A stretch of DNA of 62,901 nt, filler included, from Catajapyx aquilonaris (GCA_000934665.2; 4 parts of 4 records of this genome joined end to end with filler, not necessarily neighbours in it), one strand, 5' to 3'; counted from the whole stretch's first letter, positions 1-14,644 are shown. Notes: generated from the letters alone by a model not told the origin. Made by a program: numbers and translations.

Positions 1-96
1 AGCCCGCCGTTTTCAAATATATCAATTTCAAAAGTGAAGATTCAAAGCAATATTTATTAAAAAATAAGTCTCAGTCTTTTTTGATCAGCCCTCGTA
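1..96 (-). mobile_element. Terminus of a mariner-like DNA transposon in the SAM-synthetase intron (runs off window)
   Basis: Minus strand reads TA-CGAGGGCTGATCAAAAAAG..., the TACGAGGG-type mariner TIR start also seen at 19067/19656 and 61640. Confidence 0.5.
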
Positions 97-125
97 CATT
101 TTACCTGTAACAAACATTTACATAC

Positions 126-257
126 CAGGATGGCCTTCTCCAACCGACTCGGACGTAAAGAGATATAACTGTTTCTCGCCAGATGCGTCAACTTCCTCAG
201 CACCGTTCATGTCCATGTTGCCAGTAAATCCCTCCTTCTCAACGAATGGCTTCCCTA
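126..257 (-). CDS. MAT: S-adenosylmethionine synthetase (methionine adenosyltransferase), first coding exon; rest of gene lies off the window start
   Basis: Minus strand: acceptor ttatcttgcAG at 258, donor GTATGT at 125. Translation ...GNMDMNGAEEVDASGEKQLYLFTSESVGEGHP(D) contains the diagnostic N-terminal MAT motif FTSESVxEGHPD. Likely start ATG at 216 or 210. Confidence 0.93.
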
Positions 258-849
258 CTGCAAGATAAAATGACTGTTACTTGATTGCAGAACACCTGAA
301 GGACACTAGTGAGATTGGTAGCATCACTCAGGCATGAGACATCATTCTGACAAATAGTCTCGTGAAATAACCTCCGATATGTTATTGCACATGCTTCACA
401 ATTCAGCGCACATTAACGTTGGCAGAAATGTCATGTGCACCCACATATAATGCTGGCACCCTGTAAATTATATTGGTTTTTGGTTACCACCCCCGGAGAT
501 CATCGGTTTGTGATTCTGGTGACAGAGAGGGAACTGGGGCCCCTTCCTACACAGTCACTTACAAGAATAAACATATAATAATAAATGGTCGATAAAATAA
601 CACAATATGTGTCTTTTAAGCACATTGCGGAATTCATTTGCATCAATACTATAAGTAGTCTACTAGTATAGGGTCATTAGGGTGATTCCATGACAGATCA
701 TTCCTGGAAGCCGTATACACCCGCTTTTTTATGAAACTTGGCGTGTATTGCTTACACAATACCACGTACGCGCCAAGTGAAATTTTTTTCCTGCAGGAGA
801 AAAAAATCGGCCCCCTAGAGTTCAAGGTCACGAGCCAATCGCACTACTC

Positions 850-1052
850 GGAAAACTGTTTCTGCCGCAAGGCTCAACACCGACTCCAGCACGGCCGTGC
901 TTGCGGCCGTGGACTCCAGCTGGTGGTCCTCCTCCTGGAAATTTGGCGCAATGTCACCAGCACTCGGGACCAACGGCTTTTTCCCCTCCGAAGGAAGGCG
1001 GACGCTCACTTTTCTACCACCCGGAGAAAAGTCACCGACCTCGGCCGGGTTG
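850..1052 (-). mobile_element. tRNA-derived SINE, head-truncated copy
   Basis: About 75 nt (CCCCTCCGAAGGAAGGCG...CACTTTTCTACCACCCGGAGAAAAGTCACCGACCTCGGCCGGGTT) is nearly identical to 14367-14434, where A/B boxes are intact. Left boundary approximate. Confidence 0.75.
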
Positions 1053-1755
1053 GCGCCGTCTTAAAAAATATTTGAAAGGAAAAAAAGAGCGCCAAGTAAC
1101 TTGTAGGCCTATCCGAGAGATACGATGTTGGTGTCGATATATTCAGAACAATACCGGTGATCTAGACACATCATCATTCTGAAAGGTACACATATTGAAA
1201 AAAGGGTCAATTTCGGGAGGTCAAAACTTGTGACCTTTGACATATGGCGTTCAGACGACCAGAAAAGAGCAGCAGTGGGTTTTTGGAAAAGTGCAAAAAA
1301 AGGGAAACATATGTTGATTGCCGAACAGGCATTTTTGAGGTCAGCGATGGATCCATGGAGGCAAAGACGAGACATTACACTTGTTAGAAAAACAAACGAG
1401 CCTCTTAGGCGGTCAAGTGAATGAACACACGGTACGAATCAGTGCCTGACACACCCTGGCCCTGTCACCCCTGACACATGGTCACCACCTAATTTCTCAC
1501 CCATTACACGTTTAATGTAGCCTACAGTACTGTACAACGTAAGAAATAGCAGAACTTGAGCATTATACGGTAAGAGAATTTTACAGCAATGCTAACCAGA
1601 AATGGCATTTAATAAATACACACTCTTTCTCAAGTCACTGAAGGACACCATTTTATTATAAGTACCGGTATTCTGTGATTGTTATGGAAGAAGTTCAGAC
1701 CCGCGTGAAGCACGCGTTTGCTGCTATTAATTAATATTAATAAATTTTTCTAAAA

Positions 1756-1860
1756 TCTACTTATAGTATAAGGCAAAGTTGTTTGTTTGTCCATGGCAAC
1801 GGGTTTTTGTTGGTGATTATCATGGAAACAGACCGTGCGAAGAACGGCCTCCGCAGCTAG
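1756..1860 (+). mobile_element. Short non-autonomous Helitron-like element
   Basis: A|TCTAC... 5' end, subterminal hairpin CCGTGCGAAGAACGG, 3' CTAG|T end, no TSD. Confidence 0.55.
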
Positions 1861-4800
1861 TTGGTTGATATCATTACACATCAAAGTATAGCATCAAATA
1901 CCAGGAAAATTCCTGCTTGGGATATAATTATAGTACAACTGGTAGTCAATCTCCATATTAAGCAATACATTACACGTAAAATTGGTTTTGATGATCGAAG
2001 TCATTTTAAAACTCATTTTAAAAATCCTGTACCATTTCTACTGCGGTGTAATGAGATGATTCTAGTGAAGAAAATGGTGGCACAGAAGCAGTATAGTGAC
2101 AGTCATGTCCAGAATTAATGATTAGTTGTCCATTTTTGTACAAGTTCACAGCTTACATGACAGAAAATTAATTATTTTATGAGCTAAATTTAATCTCATT
2201 ATTGTCTATATAAAATATTTGGAAAGTAAATAAAATTTGCAGATTTTTCATAAAATATTCATGGTCTTTGGGGGGAAAAACGAAAAACCCGGGTTTTTTT
2301 CCCAGCCGTTACAACCCTAGTTAGTATCTTATACGAAGATCTTTTGTTTATACAAATCTTACATTATGCAGCCTAACTCAGCTAACTCATAACATTACCT
2401 GAAATGAAAATATCAACGCTACATGGGCAACTGACCAAGAAATTTATCTATACTCCCCACAATGGTTGGCTCCAAGCAGTAGTGCAGCCTTATAGAAAAA
2501 AAATTGATGTCAAAAAAAAAGGCTAAGATTCGCCATGTACAGCACTTACGGGATAAGGTTGCATAGTAACGCCAGACATGTCTGAGCGAGTTAGGCACGA
2601 CACCGATTACCGTATTTACATTTTCCGAGCGACAAATGGAGCTCATACGTATAAACAAACTATGGTAAGATCAAAACTTTGGCCCTTTCTTTGAATGAAA
2701 CTTAAATCATTTCGAGTTATAGTGTTTTCAAATCCGCGCATTCTTTCTCGATGGGAACTCTGTATTACTCCACCTGTGTAACCAGTGTTGCAAAATCATT
2801 TACATAACTGAAGTTCTCTTGAGAGTGAGCATTTGGGATATTGAAAAATCAATCACAATCTACCGGCACGTGGAAATTAAAATAATTGCTGTATTATCTA
2901 CCCATCCATACACCTCATGTCGTGATTTGAATGACGAAAAATGGCAACACTAAGAATGCGAAATGCGTATTTTCGCAATGCCACAGTCTATAGAAATCAG
3001 TTTCACTTTTCATCCGGAATTATTACGAACAACTTCCCCTAAATATTTTGGCGGACCTGGGTCACTTACGTCCCTGCCCAGTGTCCATGGGCTGCTTGTT
3101 CCAGATATAGACTGTTCAGATGCCCCAATGGTCTGTAGTCTGTCAAAACTCTTCAAGGTTTGATTTTGCAATGATACATGATAGTTTTTATGTCCTTCCT
3201 CATTATGTACGAAAACATGAAATTAGTTTTTACATAATTATATCCCCAATCGCGTAATTTGGATTTGGAAATAATGATTTTGCAATTGTTTCCAACTTAA
3301 TATGACCACAAAAAGAATTGGGAATATTTGTGAATTTTTATTCAATTTTTTCTGTCCATTTTTGCAAATGCTCTATTTTATGACATGTGTACTGTTCACC
3401 ACAAGTAATATTTCATAGAATAAATGATCGTCCAATCCTCTACGCACAACGTGGCACCCTTAAAATGGAGCAAGGCAATGAGAAACCAATAATTCATAAC
3501 TCCATTGTCAATTTCAGTGGCCAACTTGCAACCCAAAAATTGATATCTTTATCATCACTTAAAAAAAAAAATACAAAGCTTTACATGCTCCAAAGTCTCC
3601 TGTGTGGCTCCTTGAAGTTTTGAAACAATAATATTGTCAAATCCATTCTCAGATGGGATTGAGTTTCTCTTTCTCATCTAATATTATGAGGGACAAATTG
3701 CATTGAAAATTATGGGCCTCCACAAAATCCATCCTGGAAGAAATCCTTTCAACCCAAACCTATTAAACTCCACAACCTCCTGTTTTAGGTCAAATTCTTT
3801 GACATTAAGGTCATTGCGAGATGGGCTCAAATCCGGTCAACAATAGTGGGAAGCTGTTGGGATCGATCAGAACACACAATTGGACACCTTTGGACAGAAG
3901 AATCCTTCGAAACAATCCCCAAGTTGCCAAGTACAAGAACACCAACCCCGCCCCACAGTGACTCGAAAAAGGCCACTGTGACGCGTTCATTCTGAACAAA
4001 ATGACAAGCATATTTTAATTCCTATTCATTACTGCACAGTACTATTGTAGTTCATTCTGTATTACAACAGTTTTGGATTGACTGGACTACTTGCCGTTGA
4101 CCCCAGCCCACCAACAACCCCGTGTCCCGTCACCCTCATCAACACGTGTCCAACCATGGCACTGGTCCAACGCACCTGCTCCAAACAAAACCGGTTCTAT
4201 TCCCCCCCTTTCATAGCTCAACAGCAGCACAAGGTCAAATATGTCTTCTCGGGGTTGTCAGCGACAGGCAAAATCTGGCCCATCGAGTCGCCAGAGCTAT
4301 CATGTACGTATAATATCCTCCATATGCCCACAGAAGTAAACAAAATTTGGCCTATAATTTGATGTTTTTTCGTGCCTATTTCAGGGAGGTTTCGCGCCTA
4401 AAAATCCGGACTCTAGTCATTACCTCTCATCAGACTTGTGAATGACGCAAGGTGTACCAAACCGAGGAATACAGGATGTCACGATCGGTATCATACCATC
4501 TCGCCCGATGCACATTCGCCCGACAAGCATATCCTACTCGAGCTTCTATTAGACACTTTCTCATAATCGAATAAAAGTCTTATAGAACGGCTGTCTGTCT
4601 GTCCGTCCGTGAAACGGTTTTCAGATTCGGATTAAGCGTGACCTAAATAGGTGTCATGGTCAACTTCCGGGCACCCGACACTTCCGGTTTTCCGGGAACC
4701 TTTCCTATATCCGCAGTCCGCACAAGTCTACTTCAGAGTTTGAGACCAATGTCCCAGTCCCGTGATGGATATAAATAGGGGTTCTACTGTAATCTTTTGT

Positions 4801-6286
4801 AACAATTTGTAAATTTAGTACGATTAAACTTGACTTACTTGCTCGTCAATGTTACGTTCTTTGAGGAAAAATTACCCATAAAGTTTCATACTTGAAATGA
4901 GAAAAAGTCCATTCTAATCACGCTCACGTGATTTATAAATCTTGTTTTATTATATCAAAATAGAACCAATAACAAACATAACGTACGGCAAATATGCACA
5001 GCGGACGAGTTGTAAGGCGGCGGGGAGAATGTGCATCGGGCGAACTGCGACGGAACAGTCACGATCAAAATAGTAATACATGATATTTCTAGCACTTGAC
5101 GCAGATTGAAATGTCGTGGCCCTCATTCAAGCATGAAGATGTATTGACAAACATTGTGGTTGGATTTTGGCTATCAATGATGGCACAATACTACGTACCG
5201 TATATGCGACATATCCCGTAACCCACAATGTAAGTTATATTAAAAAAGGACACCTACATTCCTTCATGTCATGTTTCGCATGAAAAACCTATGCAGCCAA
5301 TCCTTTAGCAACTTCTGACTCCACAGTCCACACAGTATCAGAGAAAAGCCTATCATGCACCTATCATAGACAAGTCATAAGGACAATCACTGTATATTAC
5401 AGTGTACGTACTACATTAGGCAAATTTTAAGTTCAGCATTGTCGTTGTCGCATTCCTTTCGGCTAACAAAAACAATCCCGCCATGATCAATATTACAAAT
5501 GACGCAAAAAAAAACCTGCCAATGAAGAAGTCCATACGTCCCACAGTTCCGGAAGTATGACTGCAATATTTGCATGACTGAACAAACAGAAGCGTGACTT
5601 ACGAGACCTCGTAAGATCATATTTTGATAAAGCAGATCATTTTCCGATTAATTCCATCCGAAATTTTAAGCAGTCCACTAATTAAACCTGACCATTCTCA
5701 ATTATTCCCCGGGCGTCCGCATCACGACTGGATAACATTATGGGCCCAACCCGTCCCACGGTAATCCTGATTATAACCGCCAGAAACCCGCGATAGGCTG
5801 TCTAACGAGTAGAGTTCGGATTTTTAGGCAGATGCCTATTTAGTTCCTTAATAACATAGTTGGTTAATAACGCAGTTGGGATTGTTTTGTGAAGAGATCT
5901 AATACTGACAATCAGCTTCATAAGTGCAGGATGTGGAAAATGAAGCTTTTATAGTGCCTAAAATGGCCTATTTCGTGGTTTTGAGAACCATTTTGCCTAT
6001 TCTGGCTTTTCGCGCCTTTTCATGCCTATTTGCGGGCCTTTTTTGGAATAGGTTTTGAACTTTTTGAAGCAATTTCGGGACTTTTGGGCCAATTAGCTAT
6101 TCCGGACCTATTTCTTCAAATGAGGCATGTTTGGTTTTTTTTGCGGACTATTTTTTGTGCTCCTGAAAGGACCAAAATCGTTCAAACATAATACGAATCA
6201 TGTTTCCGTGACGCATATGCCAAATATTTTTCTAAATTTTCCACCGATGGTTCCCTCACTTATCCAGGAAAATTTCCAGCACTTAC

Positions 6287-6338
6287 GGTACTTCCAAATG
6301 AGCCTCAACACGACACTCACAACGGACCACCAGACTGA
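6287..6338 (-). promoter_or_regulatory. Candidate TSS and non-coding first exon of the SAM synthetase gene
   Basis: Minus strand: arthropod-type initiator TCAGTC (6338-6333), then ~50 nt without ATG, then donor GTAAGT at 6286. A second CCAGT.../GTGAGT pair lies at about 6430-6383. Confidence 0.35.
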
Positions 6339-7135
6339 CAATGAAGAAGTCACGAAATTCGCAAATGGGATGAACAAGAACCACTCACACTCAACAAATC
6401 AAGGCGGAAGACCCAACCACACTGGACTGGACACAACCTTCCTGCCGAAATGGGGTGGAAGACTGGCGGTCAGGGGATTAGGCTACTCTTTGTCAGGGAG
6501 GATGATAAAAGGGGTGGAGTTAAGATAATGCTATTCACTGATTGGCTTTTACACTTGCAGCATTTCACAGTCACGAAATAATAAGTAAAGGAGCTGAATA
6601 GAATGGCACAACTTAGGATCTACGTATTTCAAACGCTGCATCCAATGCTGCCCCAGGCTTCAGTAAAATGGAGAAGCAAAATTTCGACAAGCCTCTTTTT
6701 GGTGTGTCAGCATGAGCATGCTCCAGGTCACTTCCGACCTTGACTTATTAAAAATAAGCGTGTGACATACTCGTCGTTACCGCCTGGTTATAGTGCTGTG
6801 AAAATCAGTAGCCTACTATGGTTGACTCTGGCATCTTGGATTTCTAACCATTTTCTAATATAGCGTGTGATTTTTTTCCTCCAGTAAAGCACATAAGAAA
6901 AATTTCAGTCGTGGGTTAATATCGTCATATATAATTTTGGACCAAGTTCATCCCGTTTGACGGTACCGGTACGGTGCTGCTAAGTTAGCAGTAACTAGCA
7001 GCAGTCATGCTAGGAATAGGCCTACAAATTTACGGGAAAGTATTCCAACCAATGAAGCATTATCAGCGTTTTGTAAAGTACAGTATCATAGTTGTAGCTA
7101 AATCTTGGTAATACTGTACAAGTTTATTATTATTA

Positions 7136-7727
7136 CAGTAGTTGAATCCGGATACAGCCTGTGCTGTAACAGACTTTTCAGTTATAACAGACTCGATAGA
7201 CTGGTCCGGGCAAACTTCCATAAAGCCCTGTATATATTTTTACTCATGATATAACAGACTCATTTTCACCTCACCTCGGGTCCGCAAATGAGGAAATTTG
7301 GGAGGCAGGCAACTTGCACCCCCCCCCCCNNNNNNNNNNNNNNNNNNNNNNCCCCCCCCCCCCAACGCCACCTCACCACCTCGAAAATGCCCCATTTCGC
7401 GACTGGTAATCTTAACCGGAAGACTGTACCCTGCGGAACCCTTTTGCGGATTATCGCGGTCCAGCCAAGCCAAGTCCAGCACGCCCATTTCTTGTATGCA
7501 AGAAATCTGCACTCGCATGTTGACCTTAGTATCTTTGGTTACAGCTGGGCTATTTTTTGCATGTTTGTGGATATTTTTATAGTTAATCAGTATGCACTAT
7601 AAGAATGTGAAAGCAGAAAACGCGAGAAAACGTGTGTAGCCCCTATATTCGTTGCAAAAGTGGCGATTTGGCTATAACAAACTGATTTCCTCGGTTCCTT
7701 GAAGTCTGTTATATCCGGATTCTACTG
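7136..7727. mobile_element. pogo/Tigger-like MITE
   Basis: TA-CAGTAG(TT)GAATCCGGATA... and ...TATCCGGATTCTACTG termini; repeated TATAACAGACT subterminal motifs. Confidence 0.65.
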
Positions 7728-9669
7728 TGTTGTTGTTGTTGTTGTTGTTGTTACTGCAAGCCATCAGCACAGAAATATACTAATTCAATCTCCAAAGGTC
7801 ATAAAACGGTTTAAGCATAATATGGCTTTTTCATACTCACAACTGAATCCAATATATTACAAGGAAATGTTGCCTACCACTGCAACAATTTGCCTATTAA
7901 TATTTGCAGATCAATCTGCGATAATAATATCCACTACTGAATGCTCCTTGACTATATATAGCCCTAGGTCACCAGGGCACCTCGCTATGTGTCGAATGTA
8001 TGAAAGAAGTTATGCAAGACAGGACAGAAGGGGCGATACCTTGCTTGCAAGAATGCATCATAGATACCAAGTTTATAGTCCTCACGTGGCATGATCTCAC
8101 CCAGACTCTTTACTATAATATTATGCAGGTCACAAAGGCCTAATATTCAGCCTTTTGAAATACTTCAATAACAATGCCCATGTGAGACAGCACCAGAATA
8201 TTAGTGCATATGCAGCATCAGGACGGCCACCATGTTCAACACCTGCGGAAGGAAGGACCTTCCCATTTACAACCTGTGGGAGTGGTTGTATCAAGTGACG
8301 GACCAACCTCACCTGCCCACTAGGGGTCGTTACACCTTCTTCAGGAAGGGGGGATAAGGTGCAGCAGGGAGTCCCCTCAGGTTTATGCTTTATGGCAGGA
8401 TGGGGGCACCAGTCGGGAGGGGTAGGCTGGTCCCTCCTTTCACCCAACCCCCTTGGAGAATTCGGCCTCATGTTTCATCAGGGTCAGCTGAAGGGAAGAG
8501 GAGTGTAGCCGCAGGGGAATTTTCCAGTGGGTGCGGGGTGGGGGGAAGCAGGACTCTTTCTTTTCAAAGAACAGGAAAAAGACTATAAAACCTTTGGACA
8601 GTTTTTAACCGTTTTGCCTACTGTACCAGTCACTTTTGTTTTCATCGCCAGCAGATACTACTATCTAAAACACTCAATGCACATACGCGTATTAATGCCA
8701 TGTTTTGCAGCGCTGCTAAGGGCCAGTTGTATCAAAGTTGTATCTCGGTTCATCCCAAAAATGTGAACGCTTCTTTTTCCGCATGTTATACTCCATACAA
8801 TCATATTAAAGGTCCGACGTCATGCCAATGTCTGACACTGAGATAATGGTCATGTACTCATGTGCATCAGAATTTCAAGTCAGCTCGCAATAAAGCATAC
8901 GGACTGCCAGAAGACGATGCTCATTGGCATGACACTATACTGTATATAGGAGGTCTCGATAAGTCAATCGCCTTATAAATTAAAAGAACATTTCGTCATC
9001 ATGATGGCCGTTTGTGACGTTTTAGAATTTAGATCCTCTCCACTTATGGAGGAATTGTAGAGAGACCTCTCAGTTGCGTATAGGCAGGCCCCCGAAATGT
9101 TTGAAATAGCATTTTATAAATTACTAAGCCATGTTTTGTTTTTTTAACCCAGATTATTGTGAGGGGTCGGCGAACCGGGGTAAATTAGCCTACTCCAAGT
9201 GGGGTAAAAATGAAATTCTTGGGGGTAATGAGGACTCAATAGACATAAATTTTAAAATATCAAAAATTAAAATTAAAATAATAAAGGAATGGCATGATTC
9301 ATTCCACTTCTAGAGTATAGTAGGATTTGACTTATCGTGGTACAGTACGTCCAAATTAGTGCTTATGAAATGTCCCCCGAAATTTTTCAAGTTTAATAAA
9401 AAAATCATTGCCAGTATAGTCTGTTCTTTTCCGCCTGATAATTATGTGTCATGAACTCATGATGGAATATACTGTATACCGGAATCACTTTATTCTATGT
9501 TGTTGAGTTCGTGTGAGCCATAATGCGGATGATTCTCGTATTATGCTGTGATTAGGAAATCGTTATTATTAAACTGTAGGCTATTATGCTGTATTTATTT
9601 TCATATCGAGTCTGTAAAATTGTATTATATGTAATACTGTATTGTGTTATAATGACAGTCTTTATTATA

Positions 9670-10100
9670 CAGGGTGATCCAACTTTATCGCCCCAACAGT
9701 TATTGACAAAATCGCGTAAGCTGCTACTTTTAAGCAGCTACTTGCTAAGAGTTACTTTCTCGAGTATTTGGAATAGCACTTGCTGATATTAGGTCCAACG
9801 CCCATGTACCAATTAATGAGGGAAAAAAGGGTCACCCGTGGGAAACAGGTCGTCTGCCGGGTTGTGACTGGCCAAATGGGTTAATCGCGAGGTGTCGGAT
9901 GCGAACTGTTGCGACCCTGAAATGGAAAGGTGTCATCATCTCTTTTATTTCCTCATCTCCAAACTGATTCATGTGTTGGCCTTCAAAATGCCCATTCTGG
10001 TGTTCGCTGGAGGGATTCAGATGAGGTCACTAGCTGCCAATCAGAGGGCTAATCCGTCGAACCAGACAGACCCGGTTGTGTCAATAAACAGGTCATTAAT
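9670..10100 (+). mobile_element. One arm of the CAGGGTGATCCAACT fold-back MITE family (same family as 50664-51576)
   Basis: Colinear similarity to 50664-50960 (CAGGGTGATCCAACT, TTAATGAGGGAAAAA, CTAATCCGTCG, GTGTCAATAAA). Confidence 0.7.
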
Positions 10101-11092
10101 TGGTACACCCGCGAGCATAAAGATAGAGACGACCGGCCCTCACCTTCGGCAGGCTGCTCTGTCAATCTCAGCAATAACGGTATCAAATATACTGTCATAA
10201 ATACACGAATACACGCGTGAAGCAGCAAACTCGGTCCAAAAAATAGTTCATTAATTTGAGTCGGATTTGTCTCTCTGTACTGGCTGTTCCAAGTATTGGG
10301 GTCTTGTCGCAAATTTCATCCCAATAAGTTGTTGTTTTTTGCAACTTTTAGCGGCCCCGACCGAGGTGTCCAATTATTCCCAGTACTCCGGTCACAAGAA
10401 ATTCAACATGTTTCCACATATCTTGGCTGAATTATCATTCCCGGATCCTAGGAGATTGACTATGAAATACGTACAGTGTTGGGAAATTGTAAACATCTCA
10501 AACATTTTCAGACCCATTGTTCAATATACAGAGTATTTCTCAATACTGCAACATTATTATTTTTGTCATCACTATATAGAGGCTCTGTTTCTGAAAATAA
10601 CCGTTTGGCACAGAAAATTCATTCACATGTTTTACTGTGCCTGCAATGGTATTCGGCATAATTTTCGAAGAGCAGAAACCTGTCATCCCTTGTTGGAACC
10701 CCCCTGAAAAATGGCCCGTAATCAGTGTACAGTACTGTCCGATTCAATTGAATAGTCTACAACTGATACCTAAGTGTGGCATTACTACAATTACTCAGAG
10801 ATACTGTATACCGGATTAATATCTAATTGGCTCATGGCTGGCTCATACCAGAGCCCGATTTGTCAAATCTTCATGGATTACGCAATGATAAAAAAGGCTT
10901 TCTTATTGGGCAATAATCCACACGGTCCACACGTGTGCAGCCTGGGAAGTGGCAAGAAGGCCTCAATCCCACGCAAAACAGCAGCAGAAGCCCGGTCCGC
11001 GACGCCACGTTGACCCCGTAGGGTTATCTGCGGAGTCTGGTTCGGGTAGCCTGTCACAACACAATTAGACCTGCGACTTGAAAGTTATGTAG

Positions 11093-11325
11093 TGTTAATA
11101 ATCATCTGGTTGATGACATCGGAGTCAGTCAGCCGAAATTCGCGTGGCAAGCTTATTTCCTATCTGAGTTATGTTCTTGTGGACGTGTCAGTCTTACGTT
11201 CCGCCCACTGTTTGTGTCTCACCTCATTATATTCCAGCATATGTGAAATAAATAAATCAAACTGGACCGTCAGCGATCGTTTGTATGACTAGTTTCCTGA
11301 TTGTATTATGATTTGGCCCGTAACA
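11093..11325 (+). mobile_element. Solo LTR (Gypsy-like), 233 bp
   Basis: TGTTA...TAACA termini, internal AATAAA, 4-bp TSD GTAG on both sides (11089-11092, 11326-11329). Confidence 0.65.
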
Positions 11326-14300
11326 GTAGACATGGAACTATCGTATATGGAAGCACATCAGGAATGTGGAAGTCGCATTAACCTTCCTGCCCCGACGCGA
11401 CGCCGTCATAATAATATTATCTACACCGCGACATGTAACCATTCATGAGCGGTTGTTTATGTTGATCTTGAACCTTTTAAAACTGCTGTGGCATAGTTGG
11501 TCGAGTTATAGCTCAATAAAAAGTCAGAAACATGCGGCACCGTAGGCACTCAGGCTATATCTACACAGCTGATGTGTTCCATGATGTATCTGAAAATAAC
11601 TTTAAAATGACACATTTTCACACGCCCTTTGGACAAGTCTTGCTGTACTGAAATATATTGTCAGTTCTCATTTTCTCCATTCTTTGTCAATCAATGCGTG
11701 TGTAAGAGCTCCTGATAGTCCTGAGTCTGCAATCTCTGCATCATTCCCGAGGGCGCTCTTATAAAGAAATACTGATGTAGGTAGTGCGGATACTCATTTG
11801 CATTGGCATCCGTCATAGCCGTAAAATCCCTTAATTTGTTTTTGGCAATATGTCCAAATATTTGTCTGTACAGTACTTACTTTCATATTGGCTAAAAGCA
11901 CGCTAATTTTTGTGCACAGGTGGCGGCCATTTACAAAAGAAATTACAAATTTTCAGAATCTGTGACCAACTTTTTTGAAAACCCTCTATATAGTACAAAT
12001 GTACAATAACTCATCAAAACAAACCACACTGATTTCTGGCTCTCAAAATGCCAACAGGACTTTCCTAGCTCCTAAGACACCTAGACTAATTCCAATCAGG
12101 CCCTTCTTTTGGTGTTGTCAGCGGGATGGGCATTCAGAGATTGTCATACAAAATTATTGACCTCTTACGTAAAAATTATTGCTGAGCATCTGGATGCCAA
12201 CACCCAGGTTTTGCCATGCAGGGCCAGCATTTAAATCAATCTCGGAGAGTAAGTCAGAAACTAGAAGCCAGTGTGTAACTCAAAAGTCAGTCAGTACAGA
12301 ACTATAGTACAGTACAGTACAGTACAGTACAGACTAGCCGAGTCGTTTCTTCACCACCGGGGTAGGTCCTTTTCCCACAGTCTCCTTCCCTGGACCGATC
12401 TAGTCTCCCCTTTATTGTACGACCGTATAACCACGTTATTTTACCCATATAAATAAAACTTCAGAATACAACACATTGAGCGTTTACACTGGCCAAACTT
12501 GACGGTTCAGCATAAATTTTGCGTGGCACTATAGATTGAAAAATGGTCATAACTAGCGTCGTAAAGAAAAAAACCGGCTGTTGGGGAGGTGGGGGGGTCT
12601 GTTTTTTTCCTAAGGCCCGAAAAAAGTTTATACAGTATAATTATTTATTTTCTAAATGCACATGCCTTATCAGCTTTTGCCTTTTCGCACCTTCTACTAG
12701 GGGCTAGGCAGCATGTGACACCCTGGATGCTTTTCATCAGCCGGAGAGCTACGACGGGTAAACAAGACACATAACGCCTCATGAGTCATGAGTCAACCAA
12801 ACGTCACAGATTTTTTTATTTTTTTTCGTATGTGACACTTCTGGGACCTATGCGTCAATTTACCAAATGACGATTAGATTGGGGAATTGCACCTTTGAAA
12901 AGGCAGTTGTATCTATGCTCCCCGAATTGATGTCACAGGTTATATTTCTCTCGGAGTGTATGACCGGTTCCTTTCTTGTTCACCGTAACCGCTGACCGTC
13001 AATCAATAATTAATGCGTAGGCTAATATTTTTTTCAGATATCGGAGCAATTCGTTTACGCAACGTGTCCACGTAATTTGGCAAGTAGTTAGACATAATTT
13101 CTTGATGCAACTTTCCTGATGTAATTCCTAGGATGCCATGCAATTTATTAACCCATTCAGTTCCAAGTAAAGTTCACTTTTTAATTAATGATCTATACAA
13201 AAATCACTCAACAGTCGACACCGACCTGAAATCCATCGCACGTGTGCACCTCACTACAACCGTCCATCCTGTTCAAGGACAAAGCCGCGCGGTGGGAAAC
13301 AGCCATACCAGGATGCTCTTACATCCAGCCAGATGTCCACAAAAACAAAGCAGCCCTGGAAAAGTATGCACTGTGACGTGTGACGCACCGGTCTGCACAG
13401 TCACAAACATGTGTTTCCCCCCAGGTTTTCCCAAATTTTCAGTCCCCCCTTCTCGTAGGTACCCTACTCGGAGGCCTGTTAAGGTCAAGCAGGGTCATGC
13501 AGGCCTCCGTTCGCTCAAGGAAGAAATGTCCAGCACAGTGTACAGATGCAAAATAGGATTTGTGTTGTATTTTTAAATTCGTGGATATCGAATCGTATAT
13601 TTAGCGTTCATCAATTTGCGTACCTGACAACTCTACTTCTAAATCACACGAAATCCATTGCAGTTTTTTTTCTTCCTGGGCGCCTACTATAGGACCCCCT
13701 CCCACACATATGTGGACCCAATTAACGACGCCGTGAATCTGCCATACATTGGCTACGACGCGACGTGGGGTATTTTTCTACCCCACGCGGTTTTCATTTT
13801 AAAAAACTTTTGCCTTAATAGCACTACACAGCCATTCTTCCGCGCTAAATTCGGCCTGTATTCTCATCTGTATGTGTATAAAAAATCGATCTCCTGTGAC
13901 CATTAGTTGAGTCATAAGGAACGTACCTGAGACTCCGTTATCGCACCTTCGTAGGCTTCCAGTTCGATGCCGTAAGTAATGGCTTATGACGTAAACATTC
14001 CCAGCTGCAGGGTCTGCAAGATTTTAGTTCCGAGCAATATTTTTTGCTGAATAACAGCACTCACACTTTATAAAATACAATTTTGCTGTGATGCGCTGTG
14101 ATGTGCTCTCTAAAAAATTATGTACATTGGCTACGACGTGGGGTATATCTGGACCCCATGCAGGGACGCTTAGCAGCAGAAAAGTACCGGTGACTACTCA
14201 AAAAAAATAAATCTACTGATGTCCAACATTTTTATTTGGATCGAAGAAAGTATGTCTGAGGAATATAGGCCTGCCATTTTTCATTTCATACAAAATTTAT

Positions 14301-14351
14301 TAATCGCGATGGTATTATCTACATTGTGGGGTAGAGAAATACCCCACGTCG

Positions 14352-14494
14352 CGACGGCTTTACTTCCCCTCCGAAGGAAGGCGCACTCTCACTTTTCTAC
14401 CACCCGGAGAAAAGTCACCGACCTCGGCCGGGTTCGAACCCACAACCTTGGGACCAGAGGCGAGCGTGCTAACCACTAGTCCACCAAGGGCGGC
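14352..14494 (-). mobile_element. tRNA-derived SINE with intact Pol III boxes
   Basis: Minus strand: A box TGGACTAGTGG, B box GGTTCGAACCC; body shared with 850-1052. Confidence 0.8.
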
Positions 14495-14644
14495 TTCGTC
14501 CCCTGACTGGTATCATAATTGGCAAAGCCACAATAACGCTCATTGGCTTGTGACGCACAATAAGGGCAGTAATGATGAGGATACAAAACCCCCACAATAA
14601 GTTAATGCTAAGCTCGTTGAGGCTCGCAGTGGGGTTCTTATATA

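Noticed and set aside
97..125. TTACAG|GTAAAATG just inside the MAT intron, resembling a METTL16-type regulated acceptor
   Set aside because: Only 21 nt from the donor (too short for an intron), lacks the TACAGA consensus, and abuts a mariner end. Downstream MAT acceptors are outside the window.
3811..4362. Possible extra exons or ORFs within the MAT 5' region
   Set aside because: An acceptor-like site exists near 3993, but no convincing donor, frame continuity or homology.
8200..8560. GC-rich segment as a retroelement ribozyme (HDV/hammerhead)
   Set aside because: Could not assemble the required core or pairing by eye.
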